Below are positions 26,195 through 39,465 of a stretch of DNA of 64,000 nucleotides, in pieces. Each line of letters begins with the position of its first letter. Positions within the stretch are counted from its first letter, which is position 1. Origin of the DNA: Octopus sinensis (Eukaryota); contig NC_042998.1 of NCBI RefSeq assembly GCF_006345805.1, positions 197,966,001-198,030,000 on the forward strand, read 5' to 3'. A model generated the notes under the pieces. The model saw only the letters and a list, made by a program, of their open reading frames with translations. It did not search any database and had not been told where the DNA came from. The translations under genes and the position numbers were made by a program.

Positions 26195-26291
26195 TATATC
26201 AGCTAACTCTGATGAGCGTAAGGTTATATAATCAGATTGTTACCTAACACTCCATTGTATTCCTTGTGCGAAACCAATTGGTAAGATCAGC
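26195..26291 (+). ncRNA. Type I hammerhead ribozyme candidate with canonical core
   Basis: CTGATGA at 26209-15; 8-bp stem II gcgtaagg/ccttgtgc; GAAA at 26270-73; palindromic stem III ACCAATTGGT; GUA cleavage triplet. Confidence 0.7.
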
Positions 26292-26531
26292 CATGATGGA
26301 TATATAATACTGTATATTTCAGATTTGATATATATATTTGTGTGTGTGTGTGTGTGTGTAAGTAGCTAGATAGCCTACCTAGTCTTAGATACATCAGAAG
26401 GTAAATATATTTATGAATATTTAGATTCTCAGAAAAAGAAGATATTAGATAAGAGGAGAGCAAAGTATATGGTGGACAGTTTGCTTCAATACACAAATGT
26501 GTATCAATGTTGTATGTGTGCTGTGTGAAAG

Positions 26532-26534
<3 letters not shown>

Positions 26535-26584
<50 letters not shown>

Positions 26585-26636
26585 AGAGAGAGAAAAAGAG
26601 AGATAAAAAAGGAGAGAGAGAGAGAGAGAGAGAAAA

Positions 26637-26680
<44 letters not shown>
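26535..26680. repeat. (GA)n microsatellite
   Basis: Directly visible. Confidence 0.98.
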
Positions 26681-26681
<1 letters not shown>

Positions 26682-27264
26682 TGAAGGAAGGATGGAGACA
26701 AACAGACTTTTTCTGTTATTTGTTTTTGGCTTGTTTCTTCTTATTTATATATTGTTTAGTTTTTCTGTTCCATTTTATGAAGATCAGAATTGTATACATA
26801 ATGCAAGAATAGACTTTTAAATTATTTATCAAGTCATCAACTTCCCATCAGAAACTATTAATGGATGAGGCAGAGATAAGGTAACTGATAAATATATATC
26901 CAACAAATACAGTGAAAACATCCGGCCTAGCCTTGATCGATTATTCATGAGAAATTATAATGACAATTTGAAACAAAGAAAAGTGATCGCGTTTAATCTC
27001 TAGCTCTGTGTTACAAAACTAGGTTTCTAGTTGCCATTTTGTTTGACCATATAAAAGAGTTGTGTTTTTTATAGCTTCACTCTTCACGTATGACTAAACG
27101 GTGTCGTGGATCACAGGTTAAACTACTGGACTGAAGAATTATGATTCGAAAAGGAGACCTAGCAACAATGGTCTTCCTTTTTGGGAGCTAAATGAGAAAA
27201 AACATAATAATTATAAAAGGTGAAATGATGGCATTTTCATGCCAAAAAAGGGAAATATGGTAAA

Positions 27265-27675
27265 CGTGGCTGTGTGGTAAGTAGCTCACTAACCAACCAC
27301 ATGGTTCCGGGTTCAGTCCCACTGCTTGGCATCTTGGGCAAGTGCCTTCTGCTATAGCCCCGGGCCGACAATGCCTTGTGAGTGGATTTGGTAGACAGAA
27401 ACTGAAAGAAGCCTGTCGTATATATGTATATATATATATAAGTGTGTGTGTGTATATGTTTGTGTGTCTCTGTTTGTCCCCCTAGCATTGCTTGACAACC
27501 GATGCTGGTGTGTTTACGTCCCCCGTCACTTAGCGGTTCAGTAAAAGAGACCGATAGAATAAGTACTGGGCTTACAAAGAATAAGTCCCGGGGTCGATTT
27601 GCTCGACTAAAGGCGGTGCTCCAGCATGGCCGCAGTTAAATGACTGAAACAAGTAAAAGAGTAAATGAGTAAAAG
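27265..27675 (+). mobile_element. SINE family A
   Basis: Family A similarity. Confidence 0.85.
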
Positions 27676-27999
27676 AGTGTGTGTGTCTGTGTGTAAAATT
27701 TGCAACAAAAAAATTTGTCTGTTTAGATGTGGTGGGTTGATCTATATTTTTATATATTTTATCTTTTATTTGTTTCAATTACTGGACTGCAGCCATGCTG
27801 GAGCATCACCTTGAATGCTTCAGTTGAATAAATCAACCTCAGTACTTATTTTTATATTCTCTCATTCTCTTTTGCTAAACCTCTAAATCAACAACAAATT
27901 AGCACCAGCCATCAGATAGCGGAGCAGAGACAAGACAAACATAAAGACACACCTTTACATATGTACATATAATTACATACATTACATACATAGTAGCTG

Positions 28000-28610
28000 C
28001 TTTCTTGAGTGAGATCATTACCAGAGCAACAAGCTGGCCTCCGTGACGATGGCACATAAAAAAACACCATTCGAGCATGATTGTTACCTGCGTCACCTTA
28101 CTGGCATTTGTGCTGGTGGCATGTGAAAAAAACATTCGAGTGAGGTCGTTGCCAGTGCCGCTGGACTGACTCCTGTGCAGGTGGCACGTAAAAAGCACCA
28201 TTTGAGCATGGCTGTTGCCAGTACTGCCTGACTGGCCCTCATGCCGGTGGCACATAGATCGTTACCAGCAATGCCTTACTGGCACTTGTGCCGGTGGCAT
28301 GGGAAAAACATTTGAGCAAGGTCATTGCCAGTGCCGCTGGACTGACTCCTGTGCAGGTGGCACGTAAAAAGCACCATTTGAGGATGGCTGTTGCCAGTAC
28401 CACCTGACTGGCCCTCATGCCGGTGGCACATAAAAACACCCACTACCCTCTCGGAGTGGTTGGCATTAGGAAGGGCATCCAGCTGTAGAAACTCTACCAG
28501 ATCAAGATCGGAGCATGGTGCTGCCATCTGGATCGCCAGCCCTCAGTCAAAACCGTCCAACACATGCTAGCATGGAAAGAGGACACTAAATGATGATGAT
28601 GATGATGAGG
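28000..28610 (+). mobile_element. RTE 3' UTR fragment with internal duplication (about 28100-28255 repeated at about 28280-28430)
   Basis: Family B similarity; duplicated unit block is visible. Confidence 0.8.
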
Positions 28611-28647
28611 AGGAGGAGGAGGAGGAAAGCCATTGCTAGAATAAAAT

Positions 28648-28875
28648 TCATTGAAATGAGTGATTGATAATGCAATGTAAGACCCTTATATGACTCTTGA
28701 GTCCTGCCAAAGTGTTGTACATTTTATTGCATAATGCAGAGTCGTGCTGGCTGGCAGAAGGAATCGGTGCCACAAAATGAAGTCTTTTGACATGCCTTTT
28801 CAATCCTCCAACTGAATGGCATTCCTTTTCACAGGTTGTACACGTTCTCTTCTGAACAATACCTCTATAATAATT
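28648..28875 (-). pseudogene. Degenerate C2H2 zinc-finger pair (retrotransposon C-terminus or decayed ZNF)
   Basis: Manual translation: KRTCTTCEKECHSVGGLKRHVKRLH...DSALCNKMYNTLAGLKSHIRVLH...stop. A frameshift lies upstream. Confidence 0.6.
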
Positions 28876-29199
28876 TACAAGGGGTCAATTTCTTTGGCTT
28901 CTTTGATGGCTGACCAGGCCTGCAGGACTTGAGCATTTCCTCTTACAAATCAATACTCCTTCATTTTCTATTGCTTCATTCTTTCTAAGCTTTCTCCTAA
29001 TCTTCTCATGCTTTATTCTCTCTCTTTCAAACTTTAGGCAACCAATGTGTACTCTTTTCCTCCCTCCATTTTGGTGTTGTGCTTCTCTCTCCTAATATAT
29101 AGGACCCTTCTGTGTGACCCTTCTGTCTGGCAGTCACCATAATAGATCGTTAGTCACTACACACATTTTTTTCTCTCCTTGTTCTTTTTTTCTGTGTCC

Positions 29200-29236
29200 T
29201 TTTCTGTAGAAGAGCATAGGCTCGAAATGTAAAAGA
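29200..29236 (+). ncRNA. Hammerhead-like motif, family 2 (within a repeat at about 29140-29320)
   Basis: tttt-CTGTAGA-agagcataggctc-GAAA-TGT-A-aaag; flanks match 24075-24240. Confidence 0.4.
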
Positions 29237-29396
29237 CTTTTTCAATTCCTGAGCGTGATACTAATACATCTCTTTGTTTTATACACCACCTGTCTTTGTC
29301 TTTTGTTTTTTTCATGAACTCTCCCTATATTATATATATATATAATATATATATACATATATATATTATATATATATATATATATGTATGTATGTG

Positions 29397-29428
<32 letters not shown>

Positions 29429-29864
29429 TGTATGTATGTATGTATCTATGTATGTATCACCTTCATCATCATCCTCTCATCATCATACTTCATCTTCTCT
29501 TATTCCATGCTAGCATGAGCTGGAGGATTCAACAAGAACAGAGGAGCCAAAGGGATGCTTTGGCATGGTTTCAACAACTGGATGCTCATCTTACCACTGA
29601 CTACTTCACAATGTAGTGGGTATGTTTTACATAGCGCCAGCACCAGTGAGGTCATAAAGTACCCACAAGACAAGCCCTCCCAACTGAGAGGAGTACGGAA
29701 TGGTGAGATAAGAAAACTAGGATAGAGGAATAGGAGCAGGTATCTTACTGAGGAGTGACTACAGAGCTGGCCCATCGAGAAAGAGAGAGAAGGATGTGAA
29801 ATCAAGGTGCAAGGGGAATTAGAGGTAATAGGATAGAGGAGAAGGCTTCTATGCAGTTTCATCA

Positions 29865-30330
29865 TCATCATCATCATCGTTTAACGTCCGCTTTCCATGC
29901 TTGCATGGGTTGGACGATTTTGACTGAGGTCTGGCGAACCAGATGGCTGCACCAGGCTTCAATCTTGATCTGGCAGAGTTTCTACAGCTGGATGACCTTC
30001 CTTACGCCAACCTCTCCGAGTGTGTAATGGGTGCTTTTTATGTGCCACCAGCACCGGGCCAGTCAGGCGGTACTGGCAACGACCTTGCCAGTAAGGCGAC
30101 GTTGGTAACGATCACGCTCGAATGGTGCCTCCTACATGTCACCGGCACAGAAGCCAGTTAGCCATTCTGGCAATGATCACACTCGGATGGTGCTCTTAGC
30201 ACCCTACTAGCACGGGGCACAAGTGCCAGTAAGGCAAAGCTGGTAATGATCACACTCGAATGGTGCCTTTTATGTACCACTGGCACGGAAGCCAGTTAGC
30301 CGCTCTGTCAACGATCATGCTCATATGGTG
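29865..30330 (-). mobile_element. RTE 3' UTR fragment (family B variant)
   Basis: Family B similarity. Confidence 0.75.
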
Positions 30331-30999
30331 CTCATGCCCCGCTTGGGGATGTTGTAGAAGACATTTACCCAAAGTGCCATGCAGTGGGACAGAACCTGAA
30401 ATCATCTGGTTGCAAAGTGGGCTTCTTAATCGCACAGCTATGAATGAGTTGTGAAAGCAGTTACTGGAGGGACATGAATCGAAGAAATAAATGCATGGGT
30501 ATGGAGATTTAATGGTGATGGATGATATGCACTGAGAGAAAACACATTGTTAATGCATTCCTGGTTGGGGCAGCTGGAGAAGGACACGGAATTCAATATT
30601 CAGGTCAGAACTGAAAAATGATAGTTTTCTGCTGAAGGATTGAAGTGAATGAATACATAATATTTTGCAGACCTGTCAACATGATGGCTTGGGAAGCTGG
30701 ACAAATATGCTGCTGCTGCTGATGATGATGATGATGATAATGATGTTGATGATGATGATGATGTTGATGATGATGATGACAATGACTAACTTATACTTTA
30801 CAGATTGAACACACACACGCAAACCCTTTGTTGTTGATAATAGCAGAAAGCGAACTCAATACCATGGTTAGAGTTTAATAATTTATTTCAGCTGGGAGTT
30901 TTTTTTCTACCCACTGAATCAGTCAGGGATTGGGAAAACACCAGAGTAAGTCAACTGGACTACTTAATATCTCTGTCTCTCTCATAATATATATATATA

Positions 31000-31960
31000 A
31001 AGATACCTACATATGTACATACATACATACATACATACATGCGTGCAGCATACACACATACATACATGCATACCTGCATACATACATACATACATACATA
31101 CTTACATACATACATACATACAAACATACATACATACATACATACATACACATATACAAACATACATACATACAAAAATATACATACATACATACAACAT
31201 ACATAATACATACAAACATACATACATACATACATACATACATACATACATGCGTTGCATGCATACACAACATACATACATTGCATACAGCATACATACA
31301 TACATACATACAACTTACATACATACATACATACAAACATACATACATACATACATACATACACATATACAAACCACTACATACATACATACATACATAC
31401 ATACATACATACATACATACATACATACACATATACAAACATACTATGACATACATACTACATACATACATACATACATACATACATACATACATACATA
31501 CCACCTACATACATACATACACATATACAAACATACATACATACATACATTCATACATACATACATACATACATACATTCATACATACATACATACATAC
31601 ATACATACATACATACGTACTACATACATACATGCATACATACATACATAACTACATACATACAAACATACATACATACATACATACATACATACATGCA
31701 TACGTACATAGATACATGCGTGCATGCATACACACATACATACATACATACATACATACATACATACATACAAACATACATACATACATACATACATACA
31801 TACATTCATACATACATACACATATACATACATACATACATACATACTTACATACATACATACATACAAACATACATACATACATACATACATACATACA
31901 CATATACAAACATACATACATACATACATTCATACATACATACATACATATACACTATCC
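31000..31960. repeat. (CATA)n degenerate microsatellite
   Basis: Directly visible. Confidence 0.98.
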
Positions 31961-32194
31961 TAACATACTCGTCTGACATTGCAACCATAGAAAAGTTGAC
32001 TCTAAAACAATAGCAATGATGATGATGATGGTGTATTTGTGTAAATAGGGAACTTCTTTTTATTAGAGATACTGATGCTGAAGCTTCATCTTTTTTTATT
32101 AAGGATTTTGAAAATAAATTCTTATTAGCATTCTATGTTTAGTTTGAAATGAAAGCATTTCAACAAAAGCCATTAACATTTTTTGACATTCCTA

Positions 32195-32620
32195 AGATGG
32201 CAAACAGGCAGAATCATTAGCACACTAAGTGAAATGCTTGGTGGTATTTTGTCCATCCTTATGCTCTGACTTCAAGCTCCACAGAGGTTGACTTTGCCTT
32301 CCGTGTTTTCAGGGTCGATAATACAAGTACCTATTTCTTTACTACCCACAAGGGGCTAAACACAGAGGGGACAAACAAGGACAGACAAACGGATTAAGTC
32401 GATTATATTGACCACAGTGCATAACTGGTACTTATTTAATCGATCCCAAAAGGATGAAAGGCAAAGTCGACCTCGGCGGAATTTGAACTCAGAACGCAAC
32501 GGCAGACGAAATACCGCTAAGCATTTCACCCGGCTTGCTAACGTTTCTGCCAGCTCACCGCCTTCAAATAATACAAGTACCAGCTGAGCAGTGGGCTTGA
32601 TGTAACTGATTTACTCTCTC
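32195..32620. mobile_element. Old SINE C (+) with a nested young SINE C (-, 32332-32567)
   Basis: Perfect 14-bp TSD ataatacaagtacc at 32318-31 and 32568-81. Confidence 0.85.
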
Positions 32621-32665
32621 CTCAGAAATTGCTGGCCTTGTACCAAAAGCTGAAACAAACATTTT

Positions 32666-33576
32666 ATGAAATTCTTAAGAAAGCTCCTACCTCTACTGGC
32701 GACAAAGGGTCTCTCGCTCAGAGTGAAAGGTAGATTGTATGATGCATGTGTGCGAACTGCCATGCTTCACGGTAGTGAAACATGGGCCGTGACTGCAGAG
32801 GACATGCGTAGACTTGAAAGAAATGAAGCTAGCATGATCCGCTGGATGTGTAATGTCAGTGTGCAAGCACGACAGAGTGTAAGCACCCTGAAAGAAATGC
32901 TGGACATAAGAAGCATCAGATGTGGTGTGCAAGAGTGACGCTTGCGATGGTATGGTCATGTACTGCGGATGGATGAGGAGAGATGTGTTAAGAAGTGCCA
33001 CTCCCAAACAGTTGAAGGTATCGGGGGGAGAGGCAGACCCAGGAAGACATAGGATGAGGTAGTCAAGCATGACCTCAGAGCGTTGGGCCTCACTGAGGCA
33101 ATGGCGAAGGACTGAGATCTCTGGAGATATGCTGTGACTGCAAAGACCCGGGCTGCTTCCTGCACCAGTTCCACATAGCCCCTGCCCATTCAAAGTACCC
33201 TGGATTCCAGAACATTGAAATAAATATCAATGGAAATAGTAGTTGTGATACCTGTGCCGGTGGCACATAAAAAGCACCATCCGAACGTGGCCGTTGCCAG
33301 CGCCACCTTGGCTGGCTTCCGTGCCGGTGGCACGTTAAAAGCTCCAACTAATCGTGGCCGATGCCTGACCCCCCTGGCACCTGTGCAGGTGGCACGTAAA
33401 AAGCTCCCACTACACTCACGGAGTGGTTGGCATTAGGAAGGGCATCCAGCTGTAGAAACTCTGCCAGATCAGACTGGAGCCTGGTGCAGCCCCTGGCTTC
33501 CCAGACCCCGGTCGAACCATCCAACCCGTGCTAGCGCGGAAAACGGACGTTAAACGATGATGATGATGATGATGAT
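32666..33576 (+). mobile_element. RTE-clade LINE 3' end: RT C-terminus, 3' UTR and (GAT)n tail
   Basis: KGRLYDACVRTAMLHGSETW...RLERNEASMIRWMC...RLRWYGHVLRM...GRGRPRKT...DLWRYAV with stops, contiguous with the family B sequence. Confidence 0.9.
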
Positions 33577-34388
33577 CCTCTAAATGAAATAATAGTATTG
33601 GTGTATTGTTTAAATACTTTGTACTGCAATGTGTACATCACAAAGGACCATGGAAATATCATTGTAACTGCTTAATATAATCAATGCTGGAATTGAATTG
33701 TAGATTTCATAGTTTGTTTCACATATGTCGTATCTCAGAGTTGATTTTTATAGTACCATTAATAAAGCTTCTCTTTTTCTCTGCTAAGAAATCAAGAGTT
33801 CTACAGACAATTCTTGATTTCATCTAACAAATCAACCAAGGATTAAATAGATCAACAAGATACACAGAACAATGATTAAACAGATCAATGATTAAGAATA
33901 ATGACTAATGAAGCCATAAATCAACAGATATTCACACAAATGAACCGACAGATAACACATCGTGCAGACCATCAGTCCAATTGATGAACAAATATATAAT
34001 CCAATAAAACAAGATTAGATGTGTATATATGTGTATATATGTGTGTATATATGTCAACAAATCAAGTGTCCAAACATACAATGACCCAACAGATTAACTA
34101 AGTCAGACAAGTGAAGCAACACCAGCAATAAAGTTGAGATTGAGTTGGATATTGAAATACGCCTAATGTTACGCTTGGCTGCTTTTATTTGTGGTTCTGT
34201 TTCGGTGGTGTTTGAATAGGCTCATATCAAGGCTGAACGATCTTGATTGGTTAATTTCCTCATGACATCATTAAAAGTATATGTGGGAGTTCTACTGGTT
34301 AATTTTTAGCTTACAATACAACAATCAGTGAATTTGATGTTTTGTGAAAAGAAGGTTATTGATTACACTCTTGAAGATGTAATTACAG

Positions 34389-34757
34389 GTGGAGGCGCAA
34401 TGGCCCAGTGGTTAGGGCAGCAGACTCGCGGTTTCGATTCCCAGACCGGGCGTTGTGAGTGTTTATTGAGCGAAAACACCTAAAAGCTCCACGAGGCTCC
34501 GGCAGGGGATGGTGGTGATCCCTGCTATACTCTTTCACCACAACTTTCTCTCACTCTTACTTCCTGTTTCTCTTGTACCTGTATTTCAAAGGGCCGGCCT
34601 TGTCACTCTCTGTGTCATGCTGAATATCCCCGAGAACTACGTTAAGGGTACACGTGTCTGTGGAGTGCCCAGCCACTTACACGATAATTTCACGAGCAGG
34701 CTGTTCCGTTGATTCGGATCAACCGGAACCCTCATCGTCGTAACCGAAGGAGTGCTT
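34389..34757 (+). mobile_element. tRNA-derived SINE family D
   Basis: Same head as 16219; near-identical to 56765-57090. Confidence 0.85.
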
Positions 34758-35379
34758 TAAGATGTAATTACTCATTTTGGAAGGTCCAATCACTTTCGAA
34801 GATTTCTCAGTTGGGAAACAACAAGTCCTAGCTTCAATTTCTTGGCAAAGAACAATTACATATCTCTTTGATATGTTGTTTTTGGCTTATTCAACCATGG
34901 GTTCATACTTTGTAAGAACCATATTTTCTTTATTTGTCTGCGTTTAATCAGAACAATGATAAAGTAGAAGACAAGGGATTGTCTAATTGCTTGCTTCAAA
35001 GACCCCAGGTTCTCAAACTTGTTTATGAGTTGTGAGCCCAACTTTCTATAATTGTAATTATGAGCCCAACTTTTTTATAATTGTAAGCCCAAATTTCTAA
35101 ACACTGAGCAATGCACCTTCACAATTAAGAAATGTAAGCTACACTAAATTGTTTGATTGTCAATAATAAATCTTGTTATAAGGAACACATTCATGCAATG
35201 ACATAAAAGCAAAATATTCATTCTCCTTGAGCAGCTTCAAGAGTGTAAACTAGTTCATACCAAATGTGAAAAGTATTAATAAATCTAAAATGGATATACC
35301 AATCATTATTTGTTATTCAATATAGCAAAAAGGGATACAATAAATAATTTTAAATGAAGTGTGTATTTTCATCTATCTA

Positions 35380-36225
35380 TAGGGTGCGATGGATAAATTG
35401 TTGTCATTCTATATTTTTAATTTCGTGCATGTGCATTGTTTATTTTTGATTTTGTTGACTACACAGTATAGTAGGGTCAGTTGGGCACTGTCTGTGAGAA
35501 AAACAGCACCATGACATAATTCACTCGGACAGAAATTTGGAAACGACATGCTGTTCTGCTTGGCATTCATGACAGAAGTTCCAATATTGGGAGCCAATAT
35601 GAGGACAGTGAAATCTGAGGACATGTAACGAGAGTGATAAAAATCAAACATCCAGTCAACATCATGGTGTTCGGAATGATCACTAGTGATGGCAACGTTA
35701 TACCTCCATTCATCTTCCCACATGGCCTCACACTCAACACGGAGGCTCTGGGTAGTGCTGCCCAAGAGGCGGGCTGCTGGAAGACCCTATGTCAGGCAAC
35801 AGGACTCTGCACCATGCCACACATACAGGAGGACCCAGTCATGGCTGTCAGACAATTTCAGGGACCACATCACCCCTGACATCTGGCCACCTAACTCCCC
35901 AGACTGCAACCCCCTTGATTATTGTATGGGGCACAGTGGAGCGAGAGACCAACAAAACTCCTTGTAACAACAAAGATGAGCTAAAGGTAAGAAATTATGG
36001 CAGCATTCACCAACTTAAACAAGGAGACTGTCCAGAAGAGTTACAAGAGCTTTCGAAGTCATCTGGAGGCCGTGGTTGAAGCCGATGGCGATTTTATTGA
36101 ATAAATTTACTCTTTAGTATTTCAAGATATTTTACATAATTTTGGTAAATATACCTGTTAAAATGAGATGTCAGTGTTATTTTTCTTTTTGTGTAAATTA
36201 GATGACAGTTTATCATTGCACTCTG
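35380..36225 (+). mobile_element. maT (DD37D) Tc1/mariner transposon remnant
   Basis: KHPVNIMVFG, and QQDSAPCH...WPPNSPDCNPLDY with 37 residues between the last two catalytic D. Degenerate TIRs with TA flanks. Confidence 0.85.
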
Positions 36226-37309
36226 TATATATGTAATGAGTTCATGCCTTTATCTAAATTACATCTGGTTAAGAAATATGCCATAAGATTTCAAGTTCAC
36301 TTTCATTATGTGGCATTGTGGGAAAGTGTCTTGTACACTAGCTACAAGCCAACAATAGCCTTCTCAGCAAAATTTGATGAAAGAAACTGTGCAGAAGACT
36401 ATCAGATGTTCATACTGATAGTATGTATATACTAGCAAAAAATTAATTAATAAAATCCTTGCATCATTCCAAAAAAGTTATTTTCTTGAATTTAATTATC
36501 TTCAAATAATGTCCCTTTTTGCCAAGGTAGACTTTGCCTTTTCTTTCTTATAAAAAGGGAGAATGACTATCAGACAAAGAAATAGAGTCATTATAATCTA
36601 ATAGGACTCCTTGAGGTGGTGCTCCAGCATGACAGTGGACCAAAGCGTGACACCAGTGAAGGAATAAAATAATACTAGACTGTCAGAGAATTAATTTGGG
36701 TAATATATTTCATTAGATTGTCATGGAATTAATTAGGAAAATATTTTGACTATCTTGGAATTAAATATGTATTTATGAAATATATTTACATATATACGTA
36801 TGTGTGTGTGTTGTGTGGGTATAAATATACATATATATTTCATTATATTGCCTTAGAATTGGGGAAATTTATTCGATTAGGCTGTCAGTCTTAGAATTAA
36901 TTAGGTAAAATATATTTGCAAGTTATTAGTAATATTTGAAACATTAAAAAAATGACATATATATATATATCATCATCATCATCATCATTTAACGTCCGCT
37001 TTTCATGCTAGCATGGGTTGGACAATTTTGACTGAGAGCTGGCAAACCAGATGGCTGCACCAGGCTCCAGTCTTGATTTGGCAGTGTTTCTACAGCTGGA
37101 TGCCCTTCCTAATGCCAACCACTCTGAAAGTGTAGTGAGTGCTTTTACACATACACACACACACACACACATACACACACATATATATATAGAGAGAGAG
37201 AGATCATCATTATCGTTGTCATTGTCATCATGGCATAGGTTAGATGGTTTGACTGGAACTGGTAAGCTGGAAGGCTGCACCAAATTCCAGCCTGATTATA
37301 TAAATAGGT

Positions 37310-37479
37310 GCAGGAGTGGCTGTGTGGTAAGTAGCTTGCTTACCAACCATATGGTTCCGGGTTCAGTCCCACTATGTGGTACCTTGGGCATGTGTCTTCT
37401 ACTATAGCTTTGGGCCGACCAAAGCCTTGTGAGTGGATTTGATAGGTAGAAGCTGAAAGGAGCCTATTGTATATATATA

Positions 37480-37514
<35 letters not shown>

Positions 37515-37541
37515 TGCGTGCGCGCGCGTGTGTGTGTGTGC

Positions 37542-37586
<45 letters not shown>

Positions 37587-37800
37587 TGTGTCTGTGTTTG
37601 TACCCCCACCATCGCTTGACAACCAATGTTGGTGTGTTTACATTCCTGTAACTTAGTGGTTCAGCAAAAAAGACTGGTAGAGTAAGTACTAGGCTTACAG
37701 AGAATAAGTTCTGGGGTTGATTTGTTCGACTAAAGGTGGTACTCCAGCATGGCCACAGTCAAATGACTGAAACAAATAAAAGAATAAAAGACAATAAAGA
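37310..37800 (+). mobile_element. SINE family A
   Basis: Family A similarity. Confidence 0.85.
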
Positions 37801-38989
37801 ATATTCCTTCCCACCATCTCTCTCCTGCTCTTGCTGTCCCCTAATATCTCTCTTCCTTTCACTGGCTGAGTAATCATGTGTCCCCTCTACAGCAACAAAC
37901 CTGTTTCTGCCCTCAATCTTGATCATTCTCTTTCCCTCCTGTTGCTATTACCCTTGGCCAGGTAACCATGTATCTCCTTTACAACAGCACACCTCTTTCT
38001 CGTTAACTCCCACTCACTCTCTAGGTAACTGTTTCTGCCATCATTCTTGTTAAGCCTCACTCTCTCTCTCTTGTTCTCTTTCACTTATGTATTTATGAAA
38101 GAAACTGTGCAGAAGACTATCAGATGTACATACCTGTAAGTATATACTTGCAAAAAATTAATTAATGAAATCCTTGCATCATTCAAAAAAAGTTATTTTC
38201 ATGAATTTAGTTATCTTCAAATCATGTCCCTTTTTGCCAAGGTAGACTTAGCCTCTATGGCAAGGCATCTATTTCTGCCTCTCTGTCACACTCTAATCTT
38301 CCATCATCTGACACAAGATCACCTCCTCCAATGCCTCTTACTTTCTCAAGGACTCTTTGTCTTGCAAAATCACTTGGTGACCCTGCCTGTGCAGGTGTCA
38401 CTTTAAAAACACCCAGTCCACATTGAAAGTTGTTGGCATTTGGAAGAACATCCACCAATAGAAACCACACCAAAACTGACCTTGCTGAGTATCATGTAAA
38501 AAGCACCCAGCCCTCTCTATGGAAGGGCATCCCGCAGTAAAAACCATGCCAAAACAGACACAATAGCATAGCGAAGGCTCCCATGTCAGCCTTGGTTTCT
38601 ATATCTGAATGCCTTTCCTAATGCCAACCACTTTAGTGTGTGTTGGGGGATTTTTTTCAAGCCAATTAGCGTAGGTGTAAGATAAATACAGTAAAAATAG
38701 GGAGGTCAGTGGGACCCCATTTAAACAGCCCTTCAGAAATCAAACCTACTTACAATACTCCCTGGGAGTTCATTGTATGAAATTCATTGTCATTGCTCCA
38801 ATTTAGACTCCAATGCCATGTATTTAGTTTAAAATTCAGTAAAAATAGGGGGTTAATGGGGCCCCAATTAATTGACCCTTAAAAAAATAGACCTCCTTAG
38901 GGCATACCCTGGGATTAGGGGAGTTGCTGATTTGAGTTTTGTTGCCCTTGCACCAATGGTCTATGAGTAATTAACGAACATAAAAACGT

Positions 38990-39465
38990 AGCGGACAGAG
39001 AAACAATATTCAAATTAATATTTATTGCCCCAGCATGGCCACAGCTCGTGAGCTGAAACTAGATAAAATAAAATTTAAAAAATAATAAAGCTGAAGTTGT
39101 CTGTGTATAGCAGGTTTAGTAGCCTTCAACTAACACTATCTCTCCTGAAACCCTGTGGCGCAAGTTGACCAAAATTGAGAGTATGATAGAAGAAGGCTTG
39201 CTCTTCCTTCCGTAGAAGAAAAAATTCAAATCAGACCCTGTTAAGAGTAAAAATTATTTACATCAAAAAGGTGCTTTTTTCTATGAAAAACCCCTTTTTT
39301 TACGATATTTTGACTGCTGTGTTGCCATTTTTCGGTGTATTTCAACCTGAAAAACGTTCACTTAAAGAGAATAACAAGCTACATAATGCAAAAATTTTAC
39401 TTTCAAAAATTCTAATTCTAAAGGGTTGAAACAAGCCCGAGCAACGCCGGGCGATTCTGCTAGTT
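38990..39465 (-). mobile_element. Helitron/Helentron-associated element
   Basis: Ends cccgagcaacgccgggcgattctgctagt, the reverse complement of the start of 19345. Confidence 0.55.

Noticed and set aside
27165-27215. CTGAAGA...GAAA motif
   Set aside because: Stem II overlaps the core box and no stem I forms.
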